From Candidatus Cloacimonadales bacterium (GTDB lineage: Bacteria > Cloacimonadota > Cloacimonadia > Cloacimonadales > JAFGVF01), in NCBI GenBank assembly GCA_963678315.1, contig OY782781.1, forward strand, positions 96,001-160,000: a stretch of 64,000 bases of DNA, given 5' to 3'. The translations under genes and the position numbers were made by a program. The notes below the pieces were generated by a model that did no database searches, was not told where the DNA came from, and worked only from the letters and a program-made list of their open reading frames with translations. Position 1 is the first letter of the stretch. Each line of letters begins with the position of its first letter. This document shows positions 40,301 to 50,051 of this stretch, piece after piece.

Positions 40301-43300
40301 AGTGTAGTGATTATCTTTTTGGTTATCTGTAATACCAACAATAAAAGAAGTATTATTAGCATCAAGTTCATCTTGTGGTACTGATGTTTCAAAGTGGTCA
40401 TCAGATGATTCTGTATCAACTAATAAAACAGGTCTTTCTTCCCATTTATTACCAACAACATTTAATTCAGCAATAGTTATTCTAACAGTTTTATCAACTT
40501 CAGCCCAAACTCTTGCATAAGAAATCTTACTTAAATCAGGATTTATTCCTGTAGTATTTGAAATAGCGTTATATATATCTTGATCTGAGATTGGTATTCG
40601 ATAAAGTTTCCATCCTCTATACTCAGACTCTAAGAAATCAAAATTATTACTAGAAAGAGGGATAGAGTATTCAAAATATCTATTGAGAGTATTAAGAGTA
40701 CCATTACCATCAAGGTCTTCAGTATCAAGTTCATTATTACCTTCAGTACCATTAATAAAGAGATAATCCCCATCACTATTTTGATTATCATTTGAAGAAT
40801 CAAGAGGGTCATCACCTGGAAGTCCATTCTTTACTCCATCAAGACCTACATCTTCTGTTCTTACATCAAGAATACCATCAATAATTCCATCGGAGATACC
40901 ATCTTCTGTATTTAAGAATCCCTCTCCACCATTGAAAGTATAGAAGTCCTCACTGATATCACCTAAATCGATATGAAGGGTAACATTTGCTTCTTGTGAT
41001 CCGTAAGTAGTATCTATCTTCGCAAGGATTTCAACATACTTCTTTTCTGAGAAATCAACTTGGTTACCGATATACTTCATCACACCACCCCAAGAACGGT
41101 TAACTATATTTGGTGAAGATATTTCTGGAGGAACTATCTTCATTGCCAATACACTTACCTCTTCTTCTTCCTGATCTGAATCCATAGTAGAAGGGTCATA
41201 GACTTCTTTCATAAGAATATTCTCAGGGTTAAACCAATGAGTTCTTGCTTTTGGCATACTTGTATTTGCTGGTTTAGATGCTTCTGACCAAGTCTTACGA
41301 GTAACACCAAGAGGATATTCATCTAGAATTCCTTCCATGTCATCGATGTAAGCTTCTTTTTTCTTGCCGTCTGGATTACCATATATGTTTGGGAAAGAAA
41401 GAGCAACCTCACTAGAAAGCTCAAACTTTGATTCAACATCTGTTTCAACCAAAGGAAGCCAATCAACCATATCAGTCATAAAGCGTGGGTTAATTTGATA
41501 TTTCGCATCGATATCTGCCAACATTAATTCTATGTTCTCTTCCCCTATCTTAGGATGCTTGTCTTGAACACTCTCGGTACGGTATATAAATGTACCACCA
41601 ATGTTAAAATTCTCAAAACCTTTATAATCTGCCCTAATACCAAACAATTGTCTTTGGTCAACACCAAATCCAGATTTAAACTCATAATCAATAGTAATTT
41701 CAGCATTTGGATCTTTACCAGCTGCTGTCAAGAAAGTAACATTACCAAAATCATAATCTACTATATAATCAACATTTTCTTTTTGCTTATTGCCATTAAC
41801 TTTAACTACAACACTTCCTCTCAAGATGTTGGTATGACCTAATGAAATTTCGTCTTTACCTATTTTACCAGTAATAACCATTTGATAGGTATATTCTTCT
41901 GAGTTTATGCTTTCATTTTCATCTTGGTAAATAAGAGTATCATTTAAAGCTGCGAAAGGCTCTAGCATTGGATAAGTAACATAACCAGCACTCAAATCAA
42001 TCGAAGTATCACTTCCATCTACCTTGCCATCACCATTAGTATCTAAGAGTAGAAAATCATTTATGGTCGTAAATCCACCACTATCTATATCAGAAGGAAC
42101 ATCATAGTCATATTCACCATTAGAAGTCTCTTGAAATACTCGTAAAGAGAAGTCTTCATTATCAATATTCTGAGCATTCAAACTATAAACATTACGTGCT
42201 TGTAAATGCCAAGTATAGAAACGATTATCAGGTAAGCCATCACCATCTGCATCAACACTTTCAAAGGCAAAATCTTTTGGATCAACATCTTCTAAGTATG
42301 ATTGGTTTCTAACTCTCAATAGCTTTACATAAACACTTTCTTCATTTGAAGCATCGTAAGTTGGAATTTGGACTCCATTTCTTTGGGTATATCTCACACC
42401 TATTGTATAGCTTTTATTGATTGTTTTTAACATTTTAAGAACACCTGAATCATAATCATAGATGTAATCAGTTCCTTCAGAAAGAAGGTCGAATTGTGGT
42501 ATGAAAGGTGTATCAGCTTCGACCATTTCAAAGCCAGGGATTGTTGAAGTATTGTTGCTTACATTAGCATCATCTAGGTATACTTCAAGGGTTCCATCAG
42601 CAGGAAGGACATCTGCATCAAATACTAGATAAGAACCATTTTCGTCCATTTTAATAGCATTATTCACCCATCCTTCAGGTACCTCTTGACTGCTTCCAGG
42701 AATTGTATCGCCATCTTGATATAGTAAGAAAAGATGATATGGATTAACAACATAATACATATCTCTACGAGTATAGTCCTTAACGTTAACTTCGGTAGAA
42801 TCGCTTTGAGCTTTATTTTTAAAGACCTGTTTTTCTTTTTCACTTTCTTCTTGACTGGCTACAGCAGTTAGTTCTAAGTCTCCAATTTTCATATCGGTTC
42901 TAATACCAAAAAGTCCTTGAGATGAAGACACAGAACCTACAAATTGAGAGTTACCAGAAAGGTCTAAAGAAATATCACCAGCTTCAACTGATTGAACAAT
43001 TTCATCTTCAAAACCTTGATAGCTAATGTTAATATTGTTTGGATTAAAGAAAGATTCTTCTTGATTTGAATTATAACTTAAATCAACGTGTATTTTTTCT
43101 CCTATTGTACCCTTCAATTTCATATCTAATTCTTGTTCCATTTTAGGGGTAAAAGAGGAAGAGTTATCAGATTCAGAAAGTCCTAAGTTATCATTTTCAG
43201 TACTAGTTGCAGAAATGGTCAGTTTTTCGCTACCAGAAAAACTTAGTCGTCCAGCTTTATCACCAAAAATTCTTCTCACAGTCTTTGAACGTGCAAACTT

Positions 43301-43711
43301 AGGTAAGTCGAAGACTAAATCAGGAATAAGCCCTGAAGATGAGTCTCTCTCTTCAAGGTGAAACATTTTCATTGTTTCTTCGTATAGTAGTTTATCAAAT
43401 GTATAAGCAAATACACTTTCGAAATATTCATCAAAAGTTAAAGTAACAGGTTGATGAATCTCAAAGTCATTGAATTTAGTTATCAAGGTAACTGTTTGAT
43501 TATCAAAATCTATGATTTCCTCAGTATCTGGAAAAACAGAATCTATAAATCTAGAATTCTCAAATTCTCTATTTCCAAGACTATAATAATCAACTTTTCC
43601 ACCATATATATTTTTATAATCCGTTAAATTATAATTGCTAGCTATTAATTTACTAGAAAACAAAAGCGTAATAATCAGCAACATATAAGTATATGTTTTA
43701 TTCATTAACAA
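37373..43711 (-). CDS. sprA: SprA/Sov-like type IX secretion translocon
   Basis: 2112 aa; LKGTIGEKIHV, YQGFEDEIVQSVEAGDI, GLFGIR, DYIVDYDFGNV, AYIDDMEG, IDLGDISED; beta-barrel C-terminus WVKITF. Confidence 0.85.
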   Translation of the reverse strand: MLMNKTYTYMLLIITLLFSSKLIASNYNLTDYKNIYGGKVDYYSLGNREFENSRFIDSVFPDTEEIIDFDNQTVTLITKFNDFEIHQPVTLTFDEYFESVFAYTFDKLLYEETMKMFHLEERDSSSGLIPDLVFDLPKFARSKTVRRIFGDKAGRLSFSGSEKLTISATSTENDNLGLSESDNSSSFTPKMEQELDMKLKGTIGEKIHVDLSYNSNQEESFFNPNNINISYQGFEDEIVQSVEAGDISLDLSGNSQFVGSVSSSQGLFGIRTDMKIGDLELTAVASQEESEKEKQVFKNKAQSDSTEVNVKDYTRRDMYYVVNPYHLFLLYQDGDTIPGSSQEVPEGWVNNAIKMDENGSYLVFDADVLPADGTLEVYLDDANVSNNTSTIPGFEMVEADTPFIPQFDLLSEGTDYIYDYDSGVLKMLKTINKSYTIGVRYTQRNGVQIPTYDASNEESVYVKLLRVRNQSYLEDVDPKDFAFESVDADGDGLPDNRFYTWHLQARNVYSLNAQNIDNEDFSLRVFQETSNGEYDYDVPSDIDSGGFTTINDFLLLDTNGDGKVDGSDTSIDLSAGYVTYPMLEPFAALNDTLIYQDENESINSEEYTYQMVITGKIGKDEISLGHTNILRGSVVVKVNGNKQKENVDYIVDYDFGNVTFLTAAGKDPNAEITIDYEFKSGFGVDQRQLFGIRADYKGFENFNIGGTFIYRTESVQDKHPKIGEENIELMLADIDAKYQINPRFMTDMVDWLPLVETDVESKFELSSEVALSFPNIYGNPDGKKKEAYIDDMEGILDEYPLGVTRKTWSEASKPANTSMPKARTHWFNPENILMKEVYDPSTMDSDQEEEEVSVLAMKIVPPEISSPNIVNRSWGGVMKYIGNQVDFSEKKYVEILAKIDTTYGSQEANVTLHIDLGDISEDFYTFNGGEGFLNTEDGISDGIIDGILDVRTEDVGLDGVKNGLPGDDPLDSSNDNQNSDGDYLFINGTEGNNELDTEDLDGNGTLNTLNRYFEYSIPLSSNNFDFLESEYRGWKLYRIPISDQDIYNAISNTTGINPDLSKISYARVWAEVDKTVRITIAELNVVGNKWEERPVLLVDTESSDDHFETSVPQDELDANNTSFIVGITDNQKDNHYTPPSGTFTTSEGEETLEQSLNISINNLQEGQLALVRQKSTESTNMLLYNSLRFWVYPELEQGELHTADSLNVIIRLGADSLNYYEIKEKVAPIIYATQMSRNNWKEVDIDFSEITELKNLNMASNSDNDTLYVDGLRSYRKVGNPTLSSIKELNLGVQPLAGSEFSGKVYFNDIRVADPYENSGYKARVTMNSKFADLYTINVDINQESENFVNKPDRSTTSSSFMETSSISVKNNFSMHKFFNDDWNITMPLTFDYSKSSSIPRFKANSDILRDDLSDFEKDLEKTESTTYKGTWSFRKGKTDNPWMDYTLGSLSLSADATLSDNITSTRADTTFKHNGTLAYDLNLGSVNRGFKIWDDLKINLFPSEIENTVTFNSTNPDKYKLTRTDTLIYWEDDTASSNQSTRAVKTENYVEFPLITAKNKSYLSSSYKIETERDLTYKNRINNINIGEESDYKQTITYNFAPELIPSILDVNSNGQVVFNESRSQKSNSYTYDDEEEDEDIIKFKHDGSVNRTFNVDLVFNNSDLLSDLADYLRSRTPNSPKKDGDKAKEDYDPKESKDPKEEKELEEAKEDKDRGREDVKASTPENAKYLKEIERLKVEIKELDKKKNDIKDEKDREEIERQLKEMRDRIVTLYDLNDALTSGRPGKDGDKPKEDKDEKDDKESNRESFSYISIIDWVAGFSNLEFGYKNDYNMNYKNLDNRPQYQFQLGIPYSLDPDLIEVKDNNNQFDAETRFSYKNFNTSIYYTYENNKRWSSNSSQTIITTFPEIDINVTDIQSYFGFGDILTSSSIGTGYTYEVEEKGDIGWSKPDSRTVRTNFAPMFSWTGNWANNVITTASYNQYSTKTTEDKNTFDKITNDKDQTVTGSVSWSFKAVEGFKLPLIGSSIRLKNDMTLRTNVNWTKNYMTEKGSSETLVRENKITYSVIPEVSYKFHKNIDGGSKLSYEMTQDKKSNRDVKKISFSLWVKITF

Positions 43712-43725
43712 AATCCCACGTTTAA

Positions 43726-44499
43726 TTATTTATTTAATCCGATTAAATTGAGCCCATCAATAATTAATGAGTCATCAACAATATCTACCTCTTCAGAACA
43801 AGAACATATTAAGTTTGCCACTCCACCAGTTGCTATGGTTTTATAGTCTTCAAGATTATATTCTTTCTTAATCTGTTTTATAAAACCATCAATAATAAAA
43901 GCGTGACCATTAATAATACCAGACAGTAAAGCATCCTTGGTATTTAGTCCTAAAATAGAGTGTGGCTTAGATAATTTAATATCAGCAAGCAGGGCAGCTT
44001 TTTCAAACAAGGAATTAGATGAAGATCTCACTCCGGGAATGATAGAAGCACCATAGAAAGTACCATCCTTTCCTGTCAGTTGAACAGTTGTGGCAGTTCC
44101 TAAATCACACACTATAGTATTTGTCTTGTACTTACTGATTGAAGCATAAGCATTAACGATTAAATCTGCACCTATAAAGCTTGGGTCAGGTGTTTTAAAT
44201 TTAAGTCCCAAATCTGTATTAGCATTCACATCAATAAAAGTACAATCAAAGTACTTATTAAACATTCTACGTATAATTCTGTTAAGTTGTGGCACTACAG
44301 ATGATAGTACCCCAGTAGCAATATTACCAGCTTCCTCCTTAATGGATTTTAGTAATGAATCTATAACTACAAAATACTCGTCTTCAGTCTTATTCTTATC
44401 AGTATGAATTCTCCATGAAGCAAGTAATTCCATTTCTTTGTATATTCCAATAACGAGATTAGTATTACCTATATCTAAAACAATTATTTTATTTTTCAT
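43726..44499 (-). CDS. coaX: Type III pantothenate kinase
   Basis: LDIGNTN, GADL, DLGTATT, ATGG. Confidence 0.95.
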   Translation of the reverse strand: MKNKIIVLDIGNTNLVIGIYKEMELLASWRIHTDKNKTEDEYFVVIDSLLKSIKEEAGNIATGVLSSVVPQLNRIIRRMFNKYFDCTFIDVNANTDLGLKFKTPDPSFIGADLIVNAYASISKYKTNTIVCDLGTATTVQLTGKDGTFYGASIIPGVRSSSNSLFEKAALLADIKLSKPHSILGLNTKDALLSGIINGHAFIIDGFIKQIKKEYNLEDYKTIATGGVANLICSCSEEVDIVDDSLIIDGLNLIGLNK

Positions 44500-44608
44500 A
44501 TTTTTCCCAGATTAATTTTATCTATAAAATTTCGTCAACAACTTTTATTCCCTACATTATAATATGGACTCAAAAATGCTTAATTAGGCACACTTCAGTA
44601 AAATACTT

Positions 44609-45685
44609 CTAGAATTCTTCATAGGCTGAGACATTTAAGGAATAACCTTCCTCAGTAAAAGCTATATCAAATCGCATGTTCAGTCTATCTTTAGAATCAG
44701 TTAGTTTATATCTGAAACCTGTACCAATAGAATACTTTAGTTGAGAGAAATCAAAGTCATCTAGTTCATTTGCTACTTGCCCTGTTTCTGCAAACAATAC
44801 AAAACCAGCTCTTTTTTGATAACCCGATCTGAAAGGAGCCATTCTAAGTTCTGCCCTAGCTGAGACCCTGTGATTATCCATAAACCTTCTTGATGAATAA
44901 CCTCTAAGCCTATCTCCTAACTTTGCTAAGCGTTGAAAAGGAGTATTCCCATTACAGAATTTACCATCAATATGAGTGGCTAAAACTAACATTTCTGAAG
45001 TTGAGAAATAGTTTTTTAAATCTATTTCTGTCATTGAGAAATTATAATCTGAGCCTATACTTTCATCATAATATCGATAAGAAGCTCGATAGAATAGACC
45101 ATTAGTTGGATAGTTAAATTGATTTCTCGTATCTAGTTTAAGAACACTTCCAAGACCGAAGAATTTTCCACCATCATTTCCCAAAAGATTGTCCCAATCA
45201 ACCCATTCATTATATTCTCTTTTAGTAACTTCTAAGTCACCAAATTCAGCATTGACTCCAAGAAATAGTTTTCTATATACTCTTCTATAGAAATCGAATT
45301 CAAGACTGTTTTCAATTTCTGTATAGCTAGTTTCTGAATCCTTATGACTGTCATTACCTAATTGATAAATATCTGTCGGCCATTTCTTATATCTATATGC
45401 TATTGAAGTATAATAGTTTCGTCCCAGTGTAAATTTGCCTTTAGTTATATACCTAAACTGATTTTCTAAAGAATGTTGAACAACATTTGTCCATTGTCCA
45501 TCAATATTCTTGTGTTGCTTAGCTGTATCATAAATAACAACTCCCCCATAGACTAAGGAAGTTTCACTATTATATGCTAGCAAAGGGAAGAAAAACCAAT
45601 GTTTTGGAGAAGACCTAAAAACTGGTGTAGCCCATATTTGACTAACTGCAATAACAAAGATTAATAAACTTACTAGCTTTTTCAT
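44609..45685 (-). CDS. Omp85 (BamA/TamA-superfamily) barrel lacking POTRA domains
   Basis: LDTRN..PTNG, LRGY..RF, FAETG, SIGTGFRY, RFDIA, terminal F; only 358 aa. Confidence 0.8.
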   Translation of the reverse strand: MKKLVSLLIFVIAVSQIWATPVFRSSPKHWFFFPLLAYNSETSLVYGGVVIYDTAKQHKNIDGQWTNVVQHSLENQFRYITKGKFTLGRNYYTSIAYRYKKWPTDIYQLGNDSHKDSETSYTEIENSLEFDFYRRVYRKLFLGVNAEFGDLEVTKREYNEWVDWDNLLGNDGGKFFGLGSVLKLDTRNQFNYPTNGLFYRASYRYYDESIGSDYNFSMTEIDLKNYFSTSEMLVLATHIDGKFCNGNTPFQRLAKLGDRLRGYSSRRFMDNHRVSARAELRMAPFRSGYQKRAGFVLFAETGQVANELDDFDFSQLKYSIGTGFRYKLTDSKDRLNMRFDIAFTEEGYSLNVSAYEEF

Positions 45686-47214
45686 CTCTTCTTTTTCTTC
45701 TCGTGCATTTCTCTGATTATCTCTTCCACCTTACGGAAGTTAACCTTTCCAGAAGCCATTAAAGGTAATTCATCTAACACATAATACTCTCTAGGCACCA
45801 TAATAGAAGGAAGCTCTTTCTTCATATATTTTTTTATTTGCTTTGTTTCTAGTTCTTTAGTTGTAACCACTGCCACTATATCAGCGCCCTTCATTGGATT
45901 TGGTACATCAACAACACAGCAAAGTGTTTCTTCAGGTAGTATTGATTCCAAAACACCTTCAACTTTTACAAGTGAAACCATTTCACCACCGATTTTAACA
46001 AATCGTCTTAATCTTCCTCTATGTGAGATATAGCCATCTTTATCTAATACACCCATATCTCCAGTGTCATACCAACCATCACGAATTCTCATAGAAGTTT
46101 CTTCGTAGTCATTATAATAACCAGTAGTTACTAAATCACCTTTTACTAGAATCTTACCTTCTTTTCCAGGTGGAAGTTCTTTACCTGTTTCTCGGTCAAC
46201 TATTTTTATTTTTGTACCAGGAAGAGGTTTACCAACTGTACCCACCTTACAATTATTCTTAAAGTTTGTTGATATAACAGGACTAGTCTCAGTTGTTCCA
46301 TAACCTTCATAAAGTTCAAGGTCATGCTTTTTAAGATACTCATCTCTGATCTGCTTAGATAACTTATCTGCACCTGAAATAGCAGTTCTTACTGATGCAA
46401 AATCACCTTTATCTGAACGTTTCAGATATCCATGATAGAAGGTCGGAGTTCCAACCATTAAAGTTACTTTATATTTCCTGATAGATTTACAAACAACTCG
46501 ATATTCAAGAGGATTAGCGACTGTAACTGTTTTCCCACCATATAATAAAGGAGTCCAGAATGTTACAGTAATACCGAAAACATGAAACAATGGTAGATTA
46601 GCTAAAAATACTTCTTCTTTGATATCTTTGACAATTGTTCTAAATCCATTCACATTATGCATTATATTCTTGTGAGTTAGTTGAACTGCCTTAGGGTCTT
46701 TCTCAGAACCAGAAGTAAATAGAATAACAGCATTTTCATCTTTTGAACCATTATGGACATATTTGCTGATTAACTTATCTGTCAAACGTGAAACAGCTAA
46801 GCCCTTAACCTTATCAAGTAGATTAATACCTTTCATTATATCTTCTATGTTAACCATACCAGAGAATGGTTTTAGATTAAACTTCTGGATTAGTTTTTCG
46901 GTACAAATAGTAGTCCTAAAATTACATTTCTTTTGAGCATACTTAACATTCTCAATCGGCCCAACAGAGTAATTTATCATCACAGGTGTCTTATCTGCCA
47001 TTAACAAAGCAAGAGTAGTAACACAACATCCAAAAGAAGTAGGAATCATTACCCCAATGTTCTTCTCTTTGAATTTCTTGAACTTCTTTGCTAAGATTAA
47101 GGCTGCCAACAACATCTTTTCATAAGAAATACTCTTTCCTGCTGAGACATCATGAATAGCTATATCTTTTGGATACTGTTTGGCTATCTTTATAAATCTT
47201 TGATGTAATTGCAT
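45682..47214 (-). CDS. AMP-binding acyl-ACP/CoA synthetase (Aas C-terminal-domain-like)
   Basis: LFTSGSEKDPK, LPLFHVFG, EGYGTTETSP, WYDTGD, KIGGEMVSL. Confidence 0.88.
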   Translation of the reverse strand: MQLHQRFIKIAKQYPKDIAIHDVSAGKSISYEKMLLAALILAKKFKKFKEKNIGVMIPTSFGCCVTTLALLMADKTPVMINYSVGPIENVKYAQKKCNFRTTICTEKLIQKFNLKPFSGMVNIEDIMKGINLLDKVKGLAVSRLTDKLISKYVHNGSKDENAVILFTSGSEKDPKAVQLTHKNIMHNVNGFRTIVKDIKEEVFLANLPLFHVFGITVTFWTPLLYGGKTVTVANPLEYRVVCKSIRKYKVTLMVGTPTFYHGYLKRSDKGDFASVRTAISGADKLSKQIRDEYLKKHDLELYEGYGTTETSPVISTNFKNNCKVGTVGKPLPGTKIKIVDRETGKELPPGKEGKILVKGDLVTTGYYNDYEETSMRIRDGWYDTGDMGVLDKDGYISHRGRLRRFVKIGGEMVSLVKVEGVLESILPEETLCCVVDVPNPMKGADIVAVVTTKELETKQIKKYMKKELPSIMVPREYYVLDELPLMASGKVNFRKVEEIIREMHEKKKKR

Positions 47215-47255
47215 ATATATATAATAATTTCCCTTATTTTTATTTCAACTAATGA

Positions 47256-47284
47256 AGAATATATTAGTTCTGTAATATTGTCAA
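47256..47284 (-). promoter_or_regulatory. Sigma-70-like promoter of the acyl-synthetase/Omp85 pair
   Basis: Minus strand TTGACA-N17-TATTCT. Confidence 0.55.
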
Positions 47285-47497
47285 TTAATTTGTTCTTAAG
47301 CAACTATTCAAATTTTTTTTTGATCTTTTAGTGATTATCCCAGATAATATATTAGGTTTGAATAAAATAGTGCTCTTTTTTTATTCTAATACATTAATTT
47401 GGATTAGTAAACAGCCCAGATTAATTGAATCTTTGTTAATGTTCATACATCTAAAAAGAAATTACTACTAAAACATAAAAATGAAATTCAGTAATTA

Positions 47498-48127
47498 TTA
47501 ATCTTTAGTAACAAGTTTTTCGATAAGTCTATAAATTCTTGACCCAGGGTTTTCGGGAACTAACTCATTCGGTTTGACATCTAATTGTTTTGCTATATCA
47601 ATTGCTTTAGGATATTGGGCATAATCCCATCTTCTTAATGGCTTATCTTTATTATGGTGATTAAAATATTGCTTTATCTCATCAATAAAATCATCGCAAG
47701 AGTTTGAACTTATTAATCTATTTACTTGATTCTTATTTATAAGGTGAAATAAAATCCAAACTTCGAAACACGGATTACTTACGAAAATCTTTACTCCATA
47801 GTTCTTACATAGTGTTTCTATAAGATCCAACGACCATTTATCTTTATCAACAACTACCACATAATCATCATTCGGTTTATATTTTTCTTCATCATTTAGA
47901 GCAATTTTAATTCTTTCAAACACATGCTCTGGATCAGAAAGACCTAACCTTCTAATTCCTTTTACATGTATAAGTTTAATGCTTGTCTTTATTAATTTAC
48001 CAAGATCAGAAAAGTATTTAGGTTCTGAGTTACTTCCTTCAGTAGCAATGAATAACCTTTGAGTAGATCTTTTACCGCATCTTTGTTCAGGATCAATAAG
48101 AACTTCATAATCTACATTTTGATTCAT
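47498..48127 (-). CDS. RloB-family (TOPRIM-like, AbiLii-like) protein
   Basis: IATEGSNSEPKYF, VVDKD, SNPCFEVWILFH, NPGSRIYRLI. Confidence 0.9.
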   Translation of the reverse strand: MNQNVDYEVLIDPEQRCGKRSTQRLFIATEGSNSEPKYFSDLGKLIKTSIKLIHVKGIRRLGLSDPEHVFERIKIALNDEEKYKPNDDYVVVVDKDKWSLDLIETLCKNYGVKIFVSNPCFEVWILFHLINKNQVNRLISSNSCDDFIDEIKQYFNHHNKDKPLRRWDYAQYPKAIDIAKQLDVKPNELVPENPGSRIYRLIEKLVTKD

Positions 48128-49452
48128 TGATTCTCCTTCAGGTTAATTTCAGGAATTGCTCCTAATCTACCATCGAGATAATCACTTATAAGTTCATCAT
48201 CTGCAATTTCTTTAAATTCTGACAATGAATATAGCTCAGATTCTCTAAAGAAGTTCTTCTTCATATACCAGATTTCATCGTCGCGAAACAAACTTTGATC
48301 CATCAAATTAGTATCGTGTGTTGTTGCTATCAACTGACTAGATGTACCTTTTGTATAATAGAAAAATATTTGAAAAAGAGCTCTTGTTAACAGAGTGTGC
48401 ATACTTTTATCTATCTCATCAATAATAAAAACTGATTTATGTTTTTTGAATTCAATAAGCATTGGAATAATGTTAAACAATCGCCTTGTTCCTTCTGATT
48501 CTTCTTGTATATCGAAATATACCATTTTCCCATTTTCATCTTCTCGTCCGATCATAACTTTTCTAACTACGATATCATTATCTTTATCTAAACTAAAAAT
48601 GTAAAAATTGTTGCTTCCAGATATAAACATAGTTGAGCTATTTCTAGTCAATTTACTTGTGATACTATTTATAACGGTGCTAGGAATCTCATTTTTAACA
48701 AATTCAATACCTACATCTTGTGCATTTATAACATCAATATCAATATCAAGCAACTCCAAAATCCCTCTGTATTCTTTATAGAAATCTTCATCAAATACTA
48801 ATTTAAAGAAGTTGCTATTGTCAATATCTGTATGAAGCACATTTAGGTTTTTAAACCACTCAATTATTTCACTAATTTCTTTATTTAAATACTTCTTGTT
48901 CTGATTGTTTAGTCGTGTAAGTAATAGTTCTGTAGTTCTGCATGCATCAGCAGAGAAATGTAAATACTCTGTTTCTCTACTGTTCTCGATTAGCGTTTCA
49001 TTTACAGTTGTATGCATACTATCTTTTGCGTCATTGAACTCTCTATAGTATATACTGTTTACTTTCTTGTTATTAATTCTATAACACCATTCTTTTTCAA
49101 CCCTGAATGGACTTATATCAAAGCCATAGATATATTCATAACCGGAAGTATTTATTATGTACTCAAAGCTTGTAACATTAGAATCATTAAACTTGTATTT
49201 TTTTATTCCTATTCTATCATCATTACTAGAACCATTTAGAATATAACTACGACTATCATCTATAGCTTTTATTAAGTTTGTTTTCCCTGAAGCATTAGCT
49301 CCATATATTATTGATGATTTCAAAATATCTGCTTGATTCTCATTTGTCCTATAAACATGATCATAATGATTATTTGATTCACCTCTAAACATCGCAAACG
49401 TAACTTCATCATTAAAACTTAAATAATTTTTTACCTTAAATCGGACTAGCAT
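48124..49452 (-). CDS. RloA/AbiLi-like AAA_21 ATPase
   Basis: FKVKNYLSF, YGANASGKTN, ESEGTRR, IDEIDKSMH, QLIATTHD, DEIW, YLDGRLGAIP. Confidence 0.9.
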   Translation of the reverse strand: MLVRFKVKNYLSFNDEVTFAMFRGESNNHYDHVYRTNENQADILKSSIIYGANASGKTNLIKAIDDSRSYILNGSSNDDRIGIKKYKFNDSNVTSFEYIINTSGYEYIYGFDISPFRVEKEWCYRINNKKVNSIYYREFNDAKDSMHTTVNETLIENSRETEYLHFSADACRTTELLLTRLNNQNKKYLNKEISEIIEWFKNLNVLHTDIDNSNFFKLVFDEDFYKEYRGILELLDIDIDVINAQDVGIEFVKNEIPSTVINSITSKLTRNSSTMFISGSNNFYIFSLDKDNDIVVRKVMIGREDENGKMVYFDIQEESEGTRRLFNIIPMLIEFKKHKSVFIIDEIDKSMHTLLTRALFQIFFYYTKGTSSQLIATTHDTNLMDQSLFRDDEIWYMKKNFFRESELYSLSEFKEIADDELISDYLDGRLGAIPEINLKENQ

Positions 49453-49477
49453 AATGTTTCTCTTATTTTTTTTGTTT

Positions 49478-49506
49478 ATAATAGTATTCTAAGACTTTTT
49501 TGTCAA
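49478..49506 (-). promoter_or_regulatory. Sigma-70-like promoter of the rloAB-like pair
   Basis: Minus strand TTGACA-N17-TATTAT. Confidence 0.6.
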
Positions 49507-49619
49507 CATCTTTAAGACTATTCTTTGTAATATGTTTAATTAACGATATCGTTATATCTTTTGTTCTCAGTTTTCATTACTATTCATTTTGCACTACTTG
49601 AACATCATCATGGCCTTGT

Positions 49620-49985
49620 GGGCGTATACCATACGCCCCTACGATTTACCCTGCAAAGTCGGAACGCCATCATCACTTATGTCGCCCTTTCAGGGCTGGA
49701 TTAGAATTTCTTTTTTACATGGGGTACAAGACTCAGTCAAAGCCTGACACGGCCCTGGCTTAGTATATGCCACCCCTTCGGGGTTTTTAATGAACATCCT
49801 AAATTTTCAGTTAATTTTAATCTAGACGAACAGCCGTTCGTCTCTACATATTCACTTATCACTAGGTTCTAAGTGAAGCCAGCACGGAGGCTGGCGATCC
49901 CAGTATTCACTCCTAATTCCTCACTTCTAAGTACCCCATTGCCCTTGCTCCACCTGCATAAAAAGCTAAATTAATGCAGGAGGCT
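49620..49985. repeat. Mosaic of at least five REP-like palindrome types
   Basis: gggcgtat-acc-atacgccc-ctac; gccctttcagggc; ccccttcgggg; agacgaac-agcc-gttcgtct-ctac; gccagc-acggag-gctggc; cctgcat..atgcagg. Confidence 0.8.
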
Positions 49986-50051
49986 ATAAAAACACCCTAG
50001 ATAAAAAAGCTAGTTTGCTTTGTAAATTGGCCTATTTGGGATTATTATAAA

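Noticed and set aside
45682..47214. Second NRPS module
   Set aside because: A stand-alone adenylation enzyme with Aas-like motifs and no PCP or condensation domain.
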